DNA of 64,000 bases from an uncultured Acidobacteriota bacterium (GCA_963779415.1 CAVZYA010000002.1:1024001-1088000); one strand, 5' to 3'. Positions 31,500 through 41,106 are shown, counted from the first letter of the stretch. Translations and numbers: made by a program. The notes: generated by a model not told the origin, from the letters alone.

Positions 31500-32700
31500 A
31501 TGGCTGACAACGCGAAGCAGATCAAAGAGACCACGTTCGAAAACACGAAACTGAACCTCGTGAAGCTGGATTGGAAAGAGGTGTATTACACCAACTGTCC
31601 CCTCGTGTCCGCCAGCAACGTGGACCAGGAGCTGGGCTGGACGCGGGAGGAGTACAAGAAGATCGGCGTGAAGTACGCCTTCCTGCGCTCGACCCGCGAG
31701 AACGACTGGTATCCGCACTACATCCACAATCTCGACAACCTCATCCGCTTCGGCGGGCTCTTCCCGCCCGTCCAGGTTCACGCCGACATCCGCAGGACGA
31801 GGCTCCTGGGCGTGACGCACGTGCCGCGCGAAGGTGGCGTCATGATGGTGCGCGCCAAGGACGACATCTACCGGATGAGCGATCTGAAGGGGAAGAAGAT
31901 CGGGCTCTCGAAGAGCCTGAACCGGGTCAAGAACGACTGGTGGCGCATCCAGGAGCACCAGGGCATCGAGCTGATGCTCCGGTTGCACGGCATGACCATG
32001 AAGGACATCGAACTGGTGGAGTTCCCCTACGCGGATGACTGGTACAACGATCCGAAGATGCTGGATCCGATGGAGAATCCGTCCGAATTGTGGCTGAAGC
32101 GCGACCACAAGCGCGACCTCGCCTTCCGTCCGTTGGAAACGGCCCTGGAAAAGGGCGTCATCGATGCGCTCTATTGTCAAAGCAAAGTGTTGAGCGTTCT
32201 CGCCGAGGCAACCGGCAACTTCGTGTCCATTGAGGATTTGTCGAGGTATCCGGACTGGCGCCTGCAGGTGGCCAACATCCCGGCCGCGATCACGTGCAGC
32301 GACGTGATGGCCGAGAAGCACCCCGAGCTGGCCGTCACGTTCATGAAGGGCATGATCAAGGTGGGGCGCTGGGCCAACGAGCACAAGCACGCGGCGGCGG
32401 CGATCCTCGACAAGCAGACGTTTTACCTCGACGTCGAGGACACCTACCGGGGCATCAGAGACGTCGACATGGTGCCCAACCTGTCGCCGCAGAACCTGGC
32501 CTCCGTGGAGATCGGGAAGAACTTCATGCTGAAGCATGGCTACATCAAGCGCGACTTCGACGTGCAGAAGTGGGCGGCTCCGGAGTTTCTCGAGCAGGCG
32601 GCGCGGGAGCTCCTCGAAGCGCAGTGGAAGAAGACGACCACGGCGAAGCTCCCCGCGACGACTGAGCTGCAGGCGGCTTCCGCGGCGGGTCGGCTCGAGT
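31500..32700 (+). CDS. DszB-like (2'-hydroxybiphenyl-2-sulfinate desulfinase / SsuA-fold) protein; stop obscured by errors
   Basis: YYTNCP, PHYIHNLDNLIRFGG (H-x9-R-F-G-G), RTRLLG, DLKGKKIGLS match the DszB pattern; no signal peptide. Confidence 0.8.
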
Positions 32701-32718
32701 CGGAAGGGAGACAGATCC

Positions 32719-34416
32719 ATGAAAGTCATCATCGTGGGCGGAGTGGCGGGCGGAGCGTCGTGCGCGGCGCGGCTGCGCCGGCTGGACGAGAAGGCCGAGA
32801 TCGTGATGGTGGAACGCGGGCCGTACCTCTCATACGCCAACTGCGGGCTGCCGTACCACGTCTCGGGCGTGATCGCCGAAGGAGTCGAGCCTCCTCGTGG
32901 CCAACGAGCAGTACTTCAAGGCGAACCTCGGCGATCGACGCGCGGACGAACTGCGAGGCGGTCTCGATCGACCGGAAGAAGAAGACCGTCGGCCTGAAGA
33001 ACGTCAAGACCGGCGAGGTGACGACGGAGAAGTACGACAAGCTCGTCCTCTCGCCCGGGGCGCCTTCGGTCCGTCCGCCGCTTCCGGGGATCGACCTGCC
33101 CGGGATCTTCCAGGTGCGGACCGTGCCCGACGCGCGGGCGATCAAGGAGTGGATCGAGAAGGGGACGGTGTTCCTCGCCGGAATGTCCAACTACTCCGGG
33201 ATCCAGTTCGTCAAGCCGCCACGGCGCGCCGTCGTGATCGGCGGCGGGTTCATCGGCCTCGAGACGGCGGAGAACCTGATCCACGCGGGGTTCGAGGTGA
33301 CGCTCGTCGAGATGCTCGACCAGGTCCTCGCCCCGCTCGACCGCGAGTTCGCCCACCTCGTCGAGGAGCACCTGAAGAGGCACGGCATGACGGTCGCCCT
33401 CGGCGACGGCGTGGCCGGATTCACGCAGCTGGCGGGGGGCGCGATCGAGGTGAAGACGAAGTCCGGCAAGACGTACCCGGCCGACGTCGTGATCCTCGCC
33501 CTCGGCGTCCGGCCGGACACGACGCTCGCGAAGGCCGCCGGGCTCGAGATCGGCGAGCGCGGAGGGATCCGCGTCGACGACCAGATGCACACGAGCGACC
33601 CGGACATCTTCGCCGTCGGCGACGCCGTCGAGGTCAAGGACTGGGTGACGGGGCAGTGGAGCCTCGTGGCGCTCGCCGGGCCGGCGAACCGGCAGGGGCG
33701 GATCGCGGCCGACGTGATCGCCGGGCGCAAGTCCCGCTACCGCGGCACGCAGGGGACCTCGATCATCGGGCTCTTCGGCGGCGCCGCCGCCTGGACCGGC
33801 GTCAGCGAGAAGACGCTGAAGAAGAGCGGCGACACGGACTACGAGAAGATCTACATCTTCCCGAACTCGCACGCCGGCTACTACCCGGGCGCCAGGCTGA
33901 TCGGGCTGAAGTTCATCTTCCGGAAGTCCGACGGGCGGGTCCTCGGGGCGCAGGCGATCGGCGAGGACGCACCGGCGGTGGACAAGCGGATCAGCGCCCT
34001 CGCGATGGCCCTCCAGATGAAGGCGACGATCTACGACCTCGAGGAGGCCGAGCTCTGCTACGCGCCCCAGTTCGGCAGCGCGAAGGACGCGGTGAACTTC
34101 GCCGGGATGGTCGCGGCGGACGTCCTCCATGGGGACATGCCGCTCGCCCACTGGGACGAGACGAGAGGCGCGTTCCTCCTCGACGTGCGCCTGCCGGTCG
34201 AGCTCGTCGTCGAGAGCGTCCCCGGCGCCGTCAACATCCCGCTCCACCTGCTCCGCGCCCGCCTCGGCGAGGCTTCCGAAGGACCGGGAGATCCTCGTCA
34301 TCTGCCGCTCCGCCCAGCGCGCCTACTACGCGACGCGGGTCCTCCTGCAGAACGGATTCAAGGCCCGGAACATCTCGGGCGGCATGCTGTCGCGGGCCAT
34401 GCTTTCACCGCAGTAG
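32719..34416 (+). CDS. CoA-disulfide/persulfide reductase with C-terminal rhodanese domain (Cdr/Npsr type), frameshifted
   Basis: IIVGGVAGGASCAARLRR, SYANCGLPY redox Cys, IGGGFIGLE, FAVGD, ELCYAPQF, rhodanese ICRSAQRA. Confidence 0.92.
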
Positions 34417-34449
34417 CAAGACACTGAACAAGGAATAGGAGAACAAACG

Positions 34450-36870
34450 ATGACAACCGCAGCTGCTTCCGAGAAGAGCACCACCGGCCGCGTCAAGGCC
34501 GACAGCGCCCGGATCGACCGGCTGAAAGAACAGCTCCTGAGCACGCCTCAGGCACTGGACAACGAGCGGGTCCGGATCATGGCGGAGGTCTACGAGGGAA
34601 CCGCCGGATACCAGCAGATCATCCGCAGGGCCAAGTTCTTCTCCGAGCTGATCGAGAGGAAGAAGCTCTACATCGACGAGAACCTCATCGTCGGCAGCAT
34701 GGCGAGCAGCGTGAACGCCGTCTACACGTACCCGGAGTGGAACGTGGAGTGGATGAAGGCAGAGAAGACCGTCGAGAAATCGAAGACCCCGGAAGACCGC
34801 AAGGCGAACCAGTGGGCGCTCGAGTACTGGGACAAGTGGGCGCTGCGCCCGCGGGCCGACGAGATCTTCATCAAGAAGTACGGCTTCGATCCGGACCCGG
34901 TCTACAAGGCGGGCCTCATCGCCGAGTTCATGTCCTGGCCAGGTGGCGGAGGCAACCTCAACTATCCCCGGGTCTACCGGGAGGGCCTCGCCAGCATGAT
35001 CAAGGAGGTCGAGGAGCGGCAGAAGGCCCTCGACATGCGGCTGCCGAACGCGCCCAAGTTCTACTTCTACGAGGCCTGCCTGATCACGATGACGGCCGTC
35101 ATCCGGCTGGCCAACCGCTACGCCGAGCTGGCCCGGGAGATGGCGGCCAAGGAGAAGAACGCGGACCGCAAGGCCGAGCTCATTGGCATCGCCGAGACCT
35201 GCAAGTGGGTGCCTGAGCATCCTGCCCGTAATCTGAGAGAAGCGATCCAGGCTCATTTCTTCTGTCATATCTGCGCAGAGATCGAGCAGGTGGGTTGCGG
35301 CTACTCGGAGGCCTACCTGGGCCAGAACCTCGAGCCGTTCTACCAGCGTGACAAGGCCGCGGGGCTGATCGGTCCCGATGAGGCGACCTACCTGCTGCAG
35401 CTGCTCTTCGTCAAGCTGAACGAGATCGGGTACTACTACGGAGAGCAGGTGGCTCTGCAGAACTCCGCCGACCTTGGCCAGAGCATCACGGTCGGCGGCT
35501 ACACCGAAGACGGAGACGATGCCACCGCGGAGATGGACTACAACATTCTCGACGCCGCGAAGTACCTGAAGCTGCCCCAGCCGCCCCTCTCCTGCTGCTA
35601 CACGGAGAAGATGAGCGGCAAGTTCCTGGAGAAGGTCCTCGACGTCATCGACACCGGCGTCGGCATGCCGCAGTTCGTGAACGGCGACGTGATGATCAAG
35701 CGGGCCCTCAACCTCTTCGCAGGGAGCAAGAACGGTCTCACGCTCGAGAAGGCACGACGGACCTGTATCGGCGCGTGCGTGGGAAGCTACATCCCGTACG
35801 AGACCGGGCATCCGGTGGAGGGGCAGCCGAACCTCGGAAAGGTCCTCGAGCTGACGCTGAACAACGGCTTCGACCCCCGGACCAAGGTGCAGATCGGCCC
35901 CAAGACCGGGGATCCCGAGAAGTTCAAGGACTTCGAGGAGCTGTACGCGGCTTTCGAAAAGCAGCTCCAGTTCTGCGAGGACACGCTCCGCCGCGAGGCA
36001 TGGATCGCGAGCATCCTCTGCGCCGAATACCTTCCCGTCGCCTGGCGCTCCATCCTGACGAAGGGGTGCATCGAGAGCGGAACCGAGGTCTGGAACGGCG
36101 GCGCCAACTACTACACGGTTGCCCAGATCACCGTCGGTGGCGTGGACGCCGCCAACGGGCTCATGGCGGTGAAGAAGCTGGTGTACGACGACAAGAAGCT
36201 GACGATGGCCGAGCTGAAGAAGGCGCTGGCGGCGAACTTCGAGGGCGAGTACGAGAAGGTCCGGAAGCTCTGCTACGAGGCCCCCAAGCACGGAAACGAC
36301 ATCCCCGAGGTCAACAAGTTCGTTCGCCGTGTGTACAACTCCATCTTCCAGGCGTTCCAGAACGTGGACGGCGGCGGTAACTACATCAGCCCGGACATCA
36401 GATCGGCCCCCGACTCCTACACCAAGAGCATCCACAACCTGATGGGTCTGGTGACGGGCGCCCTGCCGACCGGCAAGAAGGCCGGCGTAGCCCTCTGCGA
36501 TGGCAGCCTGTCCGCCATGCCCGGCACCGACGTCAACGGGCCGACCGCGCTGGTCATGTCCGCGGCAAAGGGCGCGGACGCGGTCAAGTTCACCGCGACG
36601 CACATGAACATGAAGCTCCCTCCCAACCAGCTCAAGACCCGCAAGGGCCGAGAGACCCTGCTGAACCTCGTCAAGACCTATATGGACAACGACGGCTATC
36701 ACATCCAGTTCAACGTGCTGGACACCAACATCCTGAAGGACGCGCAGAAGCACCCGGAGAAGTACCGCGACCTGGTCGTGCGGGTGGCGGGGTTCAGCGC
36801 CTTCTTCACGAAGCTGCACCCGGGTGTGCAGAACGAGATCATCGCCCGCACCGAGCAGAGCTTCGGTTGA
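34450..36870 (+). CDS. Glycyl radical enzyme of unassigned specificity (806 aa)
   Basis: C-terminal HIQFNV...LVVRVAGFSAFF (Gly781), Cys loop TCIGACVGS (Cys443), VPEHPARN, ITVGG, PKHGND. Confidence 0.95.
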   Translation: MTTAAASEKSTTGRVKADSARIDRLKEQLLSTPQALDNERVRIMAEVYEGTAGYQQIIRRAKFFSELIERKKLYIDENLIVGSMASSVNAVYTYPEWNVEWMKAEKTVEKSKTPEDRKANQWALEYWDKWALRPRADEIFIKKYGFDPDPVYKAGLIAEFMSWPGGGGNLNYPRVYREGLASMIKEVEERQKALDMRLPNAPKFYFYEACLITMTAVIRLANRYAELAREMAAKEKNADRKAELIGIAETCKWVPEHPARNLREAIQAHFFCHICAEIEQVGCGYSEAYLGQNLEPFYQRDKAAGLIGPDEATYLLQLLFVKLNEIGYYYGEQVALQNSADLGQSITVGGYTEDGDDATAEMDYNILDAAKYLKLPQPPLSCCYTEKMSGKFLEKVLDVIDTGVGMPQFVNGDVMIKRALNLFAGSKNGLTLEKARRTCIGACVGSYIPYETGHPVEGQPNLGKVLELTLNNGFDPRTKVQIGPKTGDPEKFKDFEELYAAFEKQLQFCEDTLRREAWIASILCAEYLPVAWRSILTKGCIESGTEVWNGGANYYTVAQITVGGVDAANGLMAVKKLVYDDKKLTMAELKKALAANFEGEYEKVRKLCYEAPKHGNDIPEVNKFVRRVYNSIFQAFQNVDGGGNYISPDIRSAPDSYTKSIHNLMGLVTGALPTGKKAGVALCDGSLSAMPGTDVNGPTALVMSAAKGADAVKFTATHMNMKLPPNQLKTRKGRETLLNLVKTYMDNDGYHIQFNVLDTNILKDAQKHPEKYRDLVVRVAGFSAFFTKLHPGVQNEIIARTEQSFG

Positions 36871-36881
36871 CATTCAGCGGA

Positions 36882-36918
36882 GCCGGTACAGTGGGGCGGC
36901 CCGCCCCGCCGTACCGGC
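36882..36918 (+). terminator. GC-rich stem-loop directly after the GRE gene (terminator or mRNA-stabilising hairpin)
   Basis: gccggtacagtggggcgg-c-ccgccccgccgtaccggc followed by ccattctt; weak U tract. Confidence 0.6.
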
Positions 36919-37027
36919 CCATTCTTCACGAGCAGCCCGGCACGGTTGGACGAAGGACGACGACGGACAGCGACCGCACGAACACGAGAGGCAATTTGTG
37001 ATCAAAGAGATCGGCCATGGGAGTTTC

Positions 37028-38173
37028 ATGAGACGCATCGCAATCAACGTCGGCGCTGGCTACGTCCCGGGGCTGAATGCCGTGGTCAAGGGCGCGGCCC
37101 TGGCGGCGGGCAGGATGGGATGGGAGATCGTCGGCATCCGGGACGGATTCGACGGGCTGCTGCACCCGGAGCGCTACCCGGACGGCGGCCTGCTGACCCT
37201 CAGCCCCGAGCTGGTCGAGAACATCGATCCGGCCGGCGGGGGCTTCCTGGGCCAGTCGGGCCGGGTCGACCCGTTTCACGTCCGCCGGGTCAACGAAGAC
37301 GAGATGGTCGAGGAAGTCGACATGTCCGACGAGCTCCTTGCCGCGTTCCGGAAGGAGCAGCTCGATGCGCTGATCTCCGTCGTCGGGGGGCGCGGGCTGA
37401 GCATCCTCTACAAGCTCCACCGCAAGGGGCTCCATACGGTCTGCGTCCCCCGGTCGATCGAGAACGACATCGCCGCGACCGCGGTCTCTTTCGGCTTCAA
37501 CAGCGCGCTCAGCTTCACCATCGAGATGCTGGACCGGGCCCGTCAGGCGGCCCAGGCGGCCCGCAAGATCGGGGTGGTGGAGGTCCTGGGAGAGCAGTCC
37601 GGGTGGGTAGCGCTCCAGGCTGCCATCGCCGTCTGCGCCGATGCGGTCCTGATTCCCGAGATCCTCTGCGACCTCAAGGTGGTGGCGTCGCGGCTGAAGG
37701 ACAAGGTGTCGCTCCGGAGGCCGTACGGCCTGGTGGTGGTGGCCGAAGGGGCCAGGTTCCTCGAGACCTCGAAAGCCGAGGCGAAGCCTTCCTCCCTCAA
37801 GGCCTCTCTGTCGCCGCTGGCGACCGGGGATGCCAGCGAGCACGTCATCCACAGGTCGGGTCAGGCCGCCGAGAAGGTGGCGAACGGGCTGCAGCTTCTG
37901 CTCGCCGAGGAAACCTATCCGCTCGTCCTGGGGCCCTGGGTCAGGGGCGGCACTCCGACCGCGGTCGACCGCCAGCTGGGCCTCGGTTACGGGGCCGGAG
38001 CCGTGCGCGCCCTGAAGGCCGGCAAGAACGGGATGATGGTGGCGTTCGTTCCCCCGGACATGAAGTTCGTGCCGCTGACGGAAGCGATCAACAAGGTCAG
38101 GACCGTACCTGCGGACAGCGAGTTCATGCAGATCGCCCAGAGCCTCGGCATCTGCCTCGGGAAGGAGCTGTGA
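37028..38173 (+). CDS. PfkA-fold protein with substituted catalytic motifs
   Basis: Overall PfkA layout (PGLNAVV, GIRDGFDGL, VVVAEG, RGGTPT..DR) but GGRGL, PRSIEND and EVLGE replace GGDG, PKTIDND and EVMGR. Confidence 0.85.
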   Translation: MRRIAINVGAGYVPGLNAVVKGAALAAGRMGWEIVGIRDGFDGLLHPERYPDGGLLTLSPELVENIDPAGGGFLGQSGRVDPFHVRRVNEDEMVEEVDMSDELLAAFRKEQLDALISVVGGRGLSILYKLHRKGLHTVCVPRSIENDIAATAVSFGFNSALSFTIEMLDRARQAAQAARKIGVVEVLGEQSGWVALQAAIAVCADAVLIPEILCDLKVVASRLKDKVSLRRPYGLVVVAEGARFLETSKAEAKPSSLKASLSPLATGDASEHVIHRSGQAAEKVANGLQLLLAEETYPLVLGPWVRGGTPTAVDRQLGLGYGAGAVRALKAGKNGMMVAFVPPDMKFVPLTEAINKVRTVPADSEFMQIAQSLGICLGKEL

Positions 38174-39135
38174 TGAGCACGCCCGTGAACCCATCCGCTC
38201 CGACCGGCTTCGTTCTGAACATCCAGCGCTATTGCAGTCACGACGGCCCGGGTATCCGCACGAACGTATTCCTCAAGGGTTGCTCGCTCCGCTGCAAGTG
38301 GTGCGGCAACCCCGAGAGCATCGCCTTCAAGCCCGAACTCTCCTACGACCCCAGGAAGTGCACCGGCAGGAAGGAATGCGGCGTCTGCCTGAAGCCTCCC
38401 TTCCCGGAAGGCGCCTTCTATGTGCCGGAAAACGCTGCCGACGACAAGGTCAAGGTCAACTGGGACCTGGCGACGGGCTGCGACGAGGCGATGGTCGCGC
38501 TGTGCGAGCCGGGCGCTCTCGAGATGTTCGGCAAGCGAATGACGGTGGACGAGGTCCTGGACGAGGTAGAGAAGGACAGCTCCTTCTACCGGAACACCGG
38601 GGGTGGCATGACGCTGAGTGGCGGCGAGTGCCTGCTGCAGCCGGACTTCGCGGCCGCCCTGCTGAAGGGGGCCCACGACCGCGGCTTCAACACGGCGATC
38701 GAAACGGCGTGCAACGTTCCCTGGGCGTACGTGGAGAAGGTGCTGCCCCACGTCGATACCGTCCTCCACGACCACAAGATGACGATCCCGGAGCGCCACA
38801 AGAAGTGGGTCGGAGTGAGTAACGAGCGGATCCTCACGAACTTCAAGAGAGCCTACGAGACGTTTCCAAACGCGGACTTCATCGCCAGGACGCCGCTGAT
38901 TCCGGGCATAAACGCCGACGAGGAGCACATCCGGGCCGTCCTGGCGTTCATTCGCCCGCACAAGAACGTCATCGACTACGAGCTGCTGCCGTACCACCGC
39001 TTCGGCCTCGGCAAGTACGAGCTGCTGGGCGAGGTGTACGAGCTGGACGACTACAAGACGCCGTCGGACGACTTGGTCAAGCACCTCCAGGCCATCATCG
39101 ACGAGGCCTTCGGCCGCAGCGGAGGCACCAAGTGA
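38173..39135 (+). CDS. Glycyl-radical enzyme activating enzyme (radical SAM)
   Basis: HDGPGIRT, CSLRCKWC (CX3CX2C), NPES, SGGE, IETA, LLPYH; TGATG-coupled to upstream gene. Confidence 0.96.
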   Translation: MSTPVNPSAPTGFVLNIQRYCSHDGPGIRTNVFLKGCSLRCKWCGNPESIAFKPELSYDPRKCTGRKECGVCLKPPFPEGAFYVPENAADDKVKVNWDLATGCDEAMVALCEPGALEMFGKRMTVDEVLDEVEKDSSFYRNTGGGMTLSGGECLLQPDFAAALLKGAHDRGFNTAIETACNVPWAYVEKVLPHVDTVLHDHKMTIPERHKKWVGVSNERILTNFKRAYETFPNADFIARTPLIPGINADEEHIRAVLAFIRPHKNVIDYELLPYHRFGLGKYELLGEVYELDDYKTPSDDLVKHLQAIIDEAFGRSGGTK

Positions 39136-40280
39136 CACCTAACGAAGACATCTACGAAAGGCTGGCGGCGGCGCTGGAGGCGCTCCCGCACGGCTTCGCC
39201 CGCACGCCTTCGGGCGTGGAGATCAAGTTGATGAAGAAGGCCTTCACGGAGGAGGAGGTCCGGTTGGCCGGCCAACTCACCCGCACCCCCGAAACGGCTG
39301 CCGAGATCGCCAAGCGGTTGGGCCGGGATGTGGCCGAGGTCACCGCGCTGCTCGAGAGGCTGATTCCGCTGGGCCTGGTCTCGCTTCCCGGAAACACGGC
39401 GGGGGGGGGCGTTCTGAAAGAGGAAATGAAAGGCGAGAGGAGATACCGGCTGCGCCCGTTCATGGTGGGCTGGTACGAGGCCGGCATGCGCCGCCTTGAC
39501 AAGGAGTTCGCCGAGCTGTTCGAGCAGTTCATCACCGAAGGCGGGGGCGAGCGTGTCTTCGCGCCGCGACCGGGACTGCTGGGCGTGGTGCCGGTGCGAG
39601 GTTCGCTCAAGCCCGAGTATGTCAAGCGCGAGCCGCATATAGACATTGACGCCCACTTCCAGCGGCACGAGCGCTTTCTCGTCATCCCCTGCGTCTGCAA
39701 ACGGGAGCGGGAAGTCCTGGGGGACTCGTCCTGCGGGAAGCCCATGAAGCGTTGTGGATTCGTGGGACTGCCGCCCCAGACCCCGCTGGGCGAGACCGTG
39801 CTGGGCCGGGAGGAGGCGTCCAAGCTCCTCACCGAGCTCGGCGAGCAGGGTCACGTCAACCTCGCGTTCTACGGCTTCACCATGTTCGCGGATGCGCCGC
39901 AGTTCATGGGCACGTGCAACTGCTGCTCCTGCTGCTGCGGGATACTCCACGGCCCGAAGCTGGCCGGCCTGGAGTCCCACCAAGGGCCGCAGCCGTCGAA
40001 CTTCCGCGCTGTCATCGACCCGGAGGCGTGCATTGCATGCGGCGTCTGCCAGGAGCGTTGTCCGGTGGACGCGATCTCCGACATCACGGAGCCGGGCCCG
40101 ATCGAGGGGAAGTCACGCGTAGAGCGGGCAAAGTGCATCGGATGCGGAGTGTGCGTGATCGGCTGCGCATCCGACGCGATTGTGATGGAGCCGGTCTCCC
40201 CGGAGGAGTGGTTCCACGTCCCCTCCAGCATGGCGGAGTGGGAAGAGATGCGGCTGAAGAACTTGGCGTCACAGAAATGA
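39132..40280 (+). CDS. Multi-Fe-S protein (N-terminal wHTH-like region, Cys-rich middle, C-terminal 2x[4Fe-4S])
   Basis: PCVCKR, CNCCSCCC, CIACGVCQERCP, CIGCGVCVIGC. Confidence 0.88.
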   Translation: MTPNEDIYERLAAALEALPHGFARTPSGVEIKLMKKAFTEEEVRLAGQLTRTPETAAEIAKRLGRDVAEVTALLERLIPLGLVSLPGNTAGGGVLKEEMKGERRYRLRPFMVGWYEAGMRRLDKEFAELFEQFITEGGGERVFAPRPGLLGVVPVRGSLKPEYVKREPHIDIDAHFQRHERFLVIPCVCKREREVLGDSSCGKPMKRCGFVGLPPQTPLGETVLGREEASKLLTELGEQGHVNLAFYGFTMFADAPQFMGTCNCCSCCCGILHGPKLAGLESHQGPQPSNFRAVIDPEACIACGVCQERCPVDAISDITEPGPIEGKSRVERAKCIGCGVCVIGCASDAIVMEPVSPEEWFHVPSSMAEWEEMRLKNLASQK

Positions 40281-41086
40281 GCGGGTGCAGCGCCCTCCTC
40301 TCTGGTCTTGCCATCCTCCTTGCCGCGGCCTTGCCCGCTCCGGTGAGCGCCCAGACTCAAGCGGAACCCGGCGGAGTGACGGCCCAGACGGAGGCCGACG
40401 CGAACAACCCCCTCGCCAAAGTCCAGGCATTCAACCTCCACGACTACTACGTCCCGACGCTCTCGGAGACTCCGGACCAGACCGCCAACACGTTCTGGCT
40501 CCGGTACGCACAGCCGGTTGGAGGGTTCCTGATCCGGGCGTCGCTGCCGCTGTCCCGGGTACCGGCGGGCGACGGCACCACGACGTCCGGGCTCGGCGAC
40601 TTCAATGCCTTCGCCGCCTACCTGTTCGACACAAAGCCGGGAGTGAGCTTCGGCCTGGGGCCGCAGGTGACGGCCCCCACCGCGACGGCTCACGAGACCG
40701 GGACAGGGAAGTGGCAGGGCGGCCTCGCCGCGGTCTACTTCGACGCGACGTCGCAGAGGGTCCAGTGGGGCGGGCTCGTCACCTGGCAGGCGGACTTCGC
40801 CGGCCCTTCCAACCGGCCCGGTACGAACGTCCTCGCCGTCCAGCCCTTCTACTTCATCCAACTCGGAAAGGGACTGTACGTGAGGAGCACGGCGGTGATG
40901 GCCTTCAATCTGGAGAATGGCTCGTACAACGTGCCCGTCGGCCTCGGCCTCGGCATGGTGATCCCGGCGGGCCGGACGGTCCTCAACGCGTTCGTGGAGC
41001 CGCAGTTCACGGTTCTTTCGCATGGCCCCGGCCAGCCGGAAGTGCAGATCTTCGTCGGCCTTAACACGCAGTTTCTGAAGAAGTAG
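40277..41086 (+). CDS. Putative outer-membrane beta-barrel/transporter protein
   Basis: Signal peptide, ANNPLA, SGLGDF, GLGPQVTAPTA, TGKWQGG, NVPVGLG. Confidence 0.75.
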   Translation: MSGCSALLSGLAILLAAALPAPVSAQTQAEPGGVTAQTEADANNPLAKVQAFNLHDYYVPTLSETPDQTANTFWLRYAQPVGGFLIRASLPLSRVPAGDGTTTSGLGDFNAFAAYLFDTKPGVSFGLGPQVTAPTATAHETGTGKWQGGLAAVYFDATSQRVQWGGLVTWQADFAGPSNRPGTNVLAVQPFYFIQLGKGLYVRSTAVMAFNLENGSYNVPVGLGLGMVIPAGRTVLNAFVEPQFTVLSHGPGQPEVQIFVGLNTQFLKK

Positions 41087-41106
41087 CAGGGATGAGGAGA
41101 TAGTCG

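Noticed and set aside
30609-34427. 1272-aa ORF appearing to fuse a beta-barrel, DszB-like protein and Cdr
   Set aside because: Junctions are out-of-frame nonsense peptide; separate starts and RBSs exist at 31500 and 32719; explained by indels.
34450-36870. Calling the GRE pflB, cutC, islA, bssA or phdB
   Set aside because: Lacks the PFL CC pair, the CXE motif and Bss small subunits; identity to PhdB/Iad cannot be judged without an alignment, so no symbol is given.
34405-36873. 822-aa antisense ORF opposite the GRE (and similar shadows, such as 53561..55657)
   Set aside because: Typical stop-poor mirror frame of a GC-biased coding gene; no recognisable motifs.
37028-38173. Calling the gene pfkA
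   Set aside because: Key catalytic and substrate-binding motifs are substituted.
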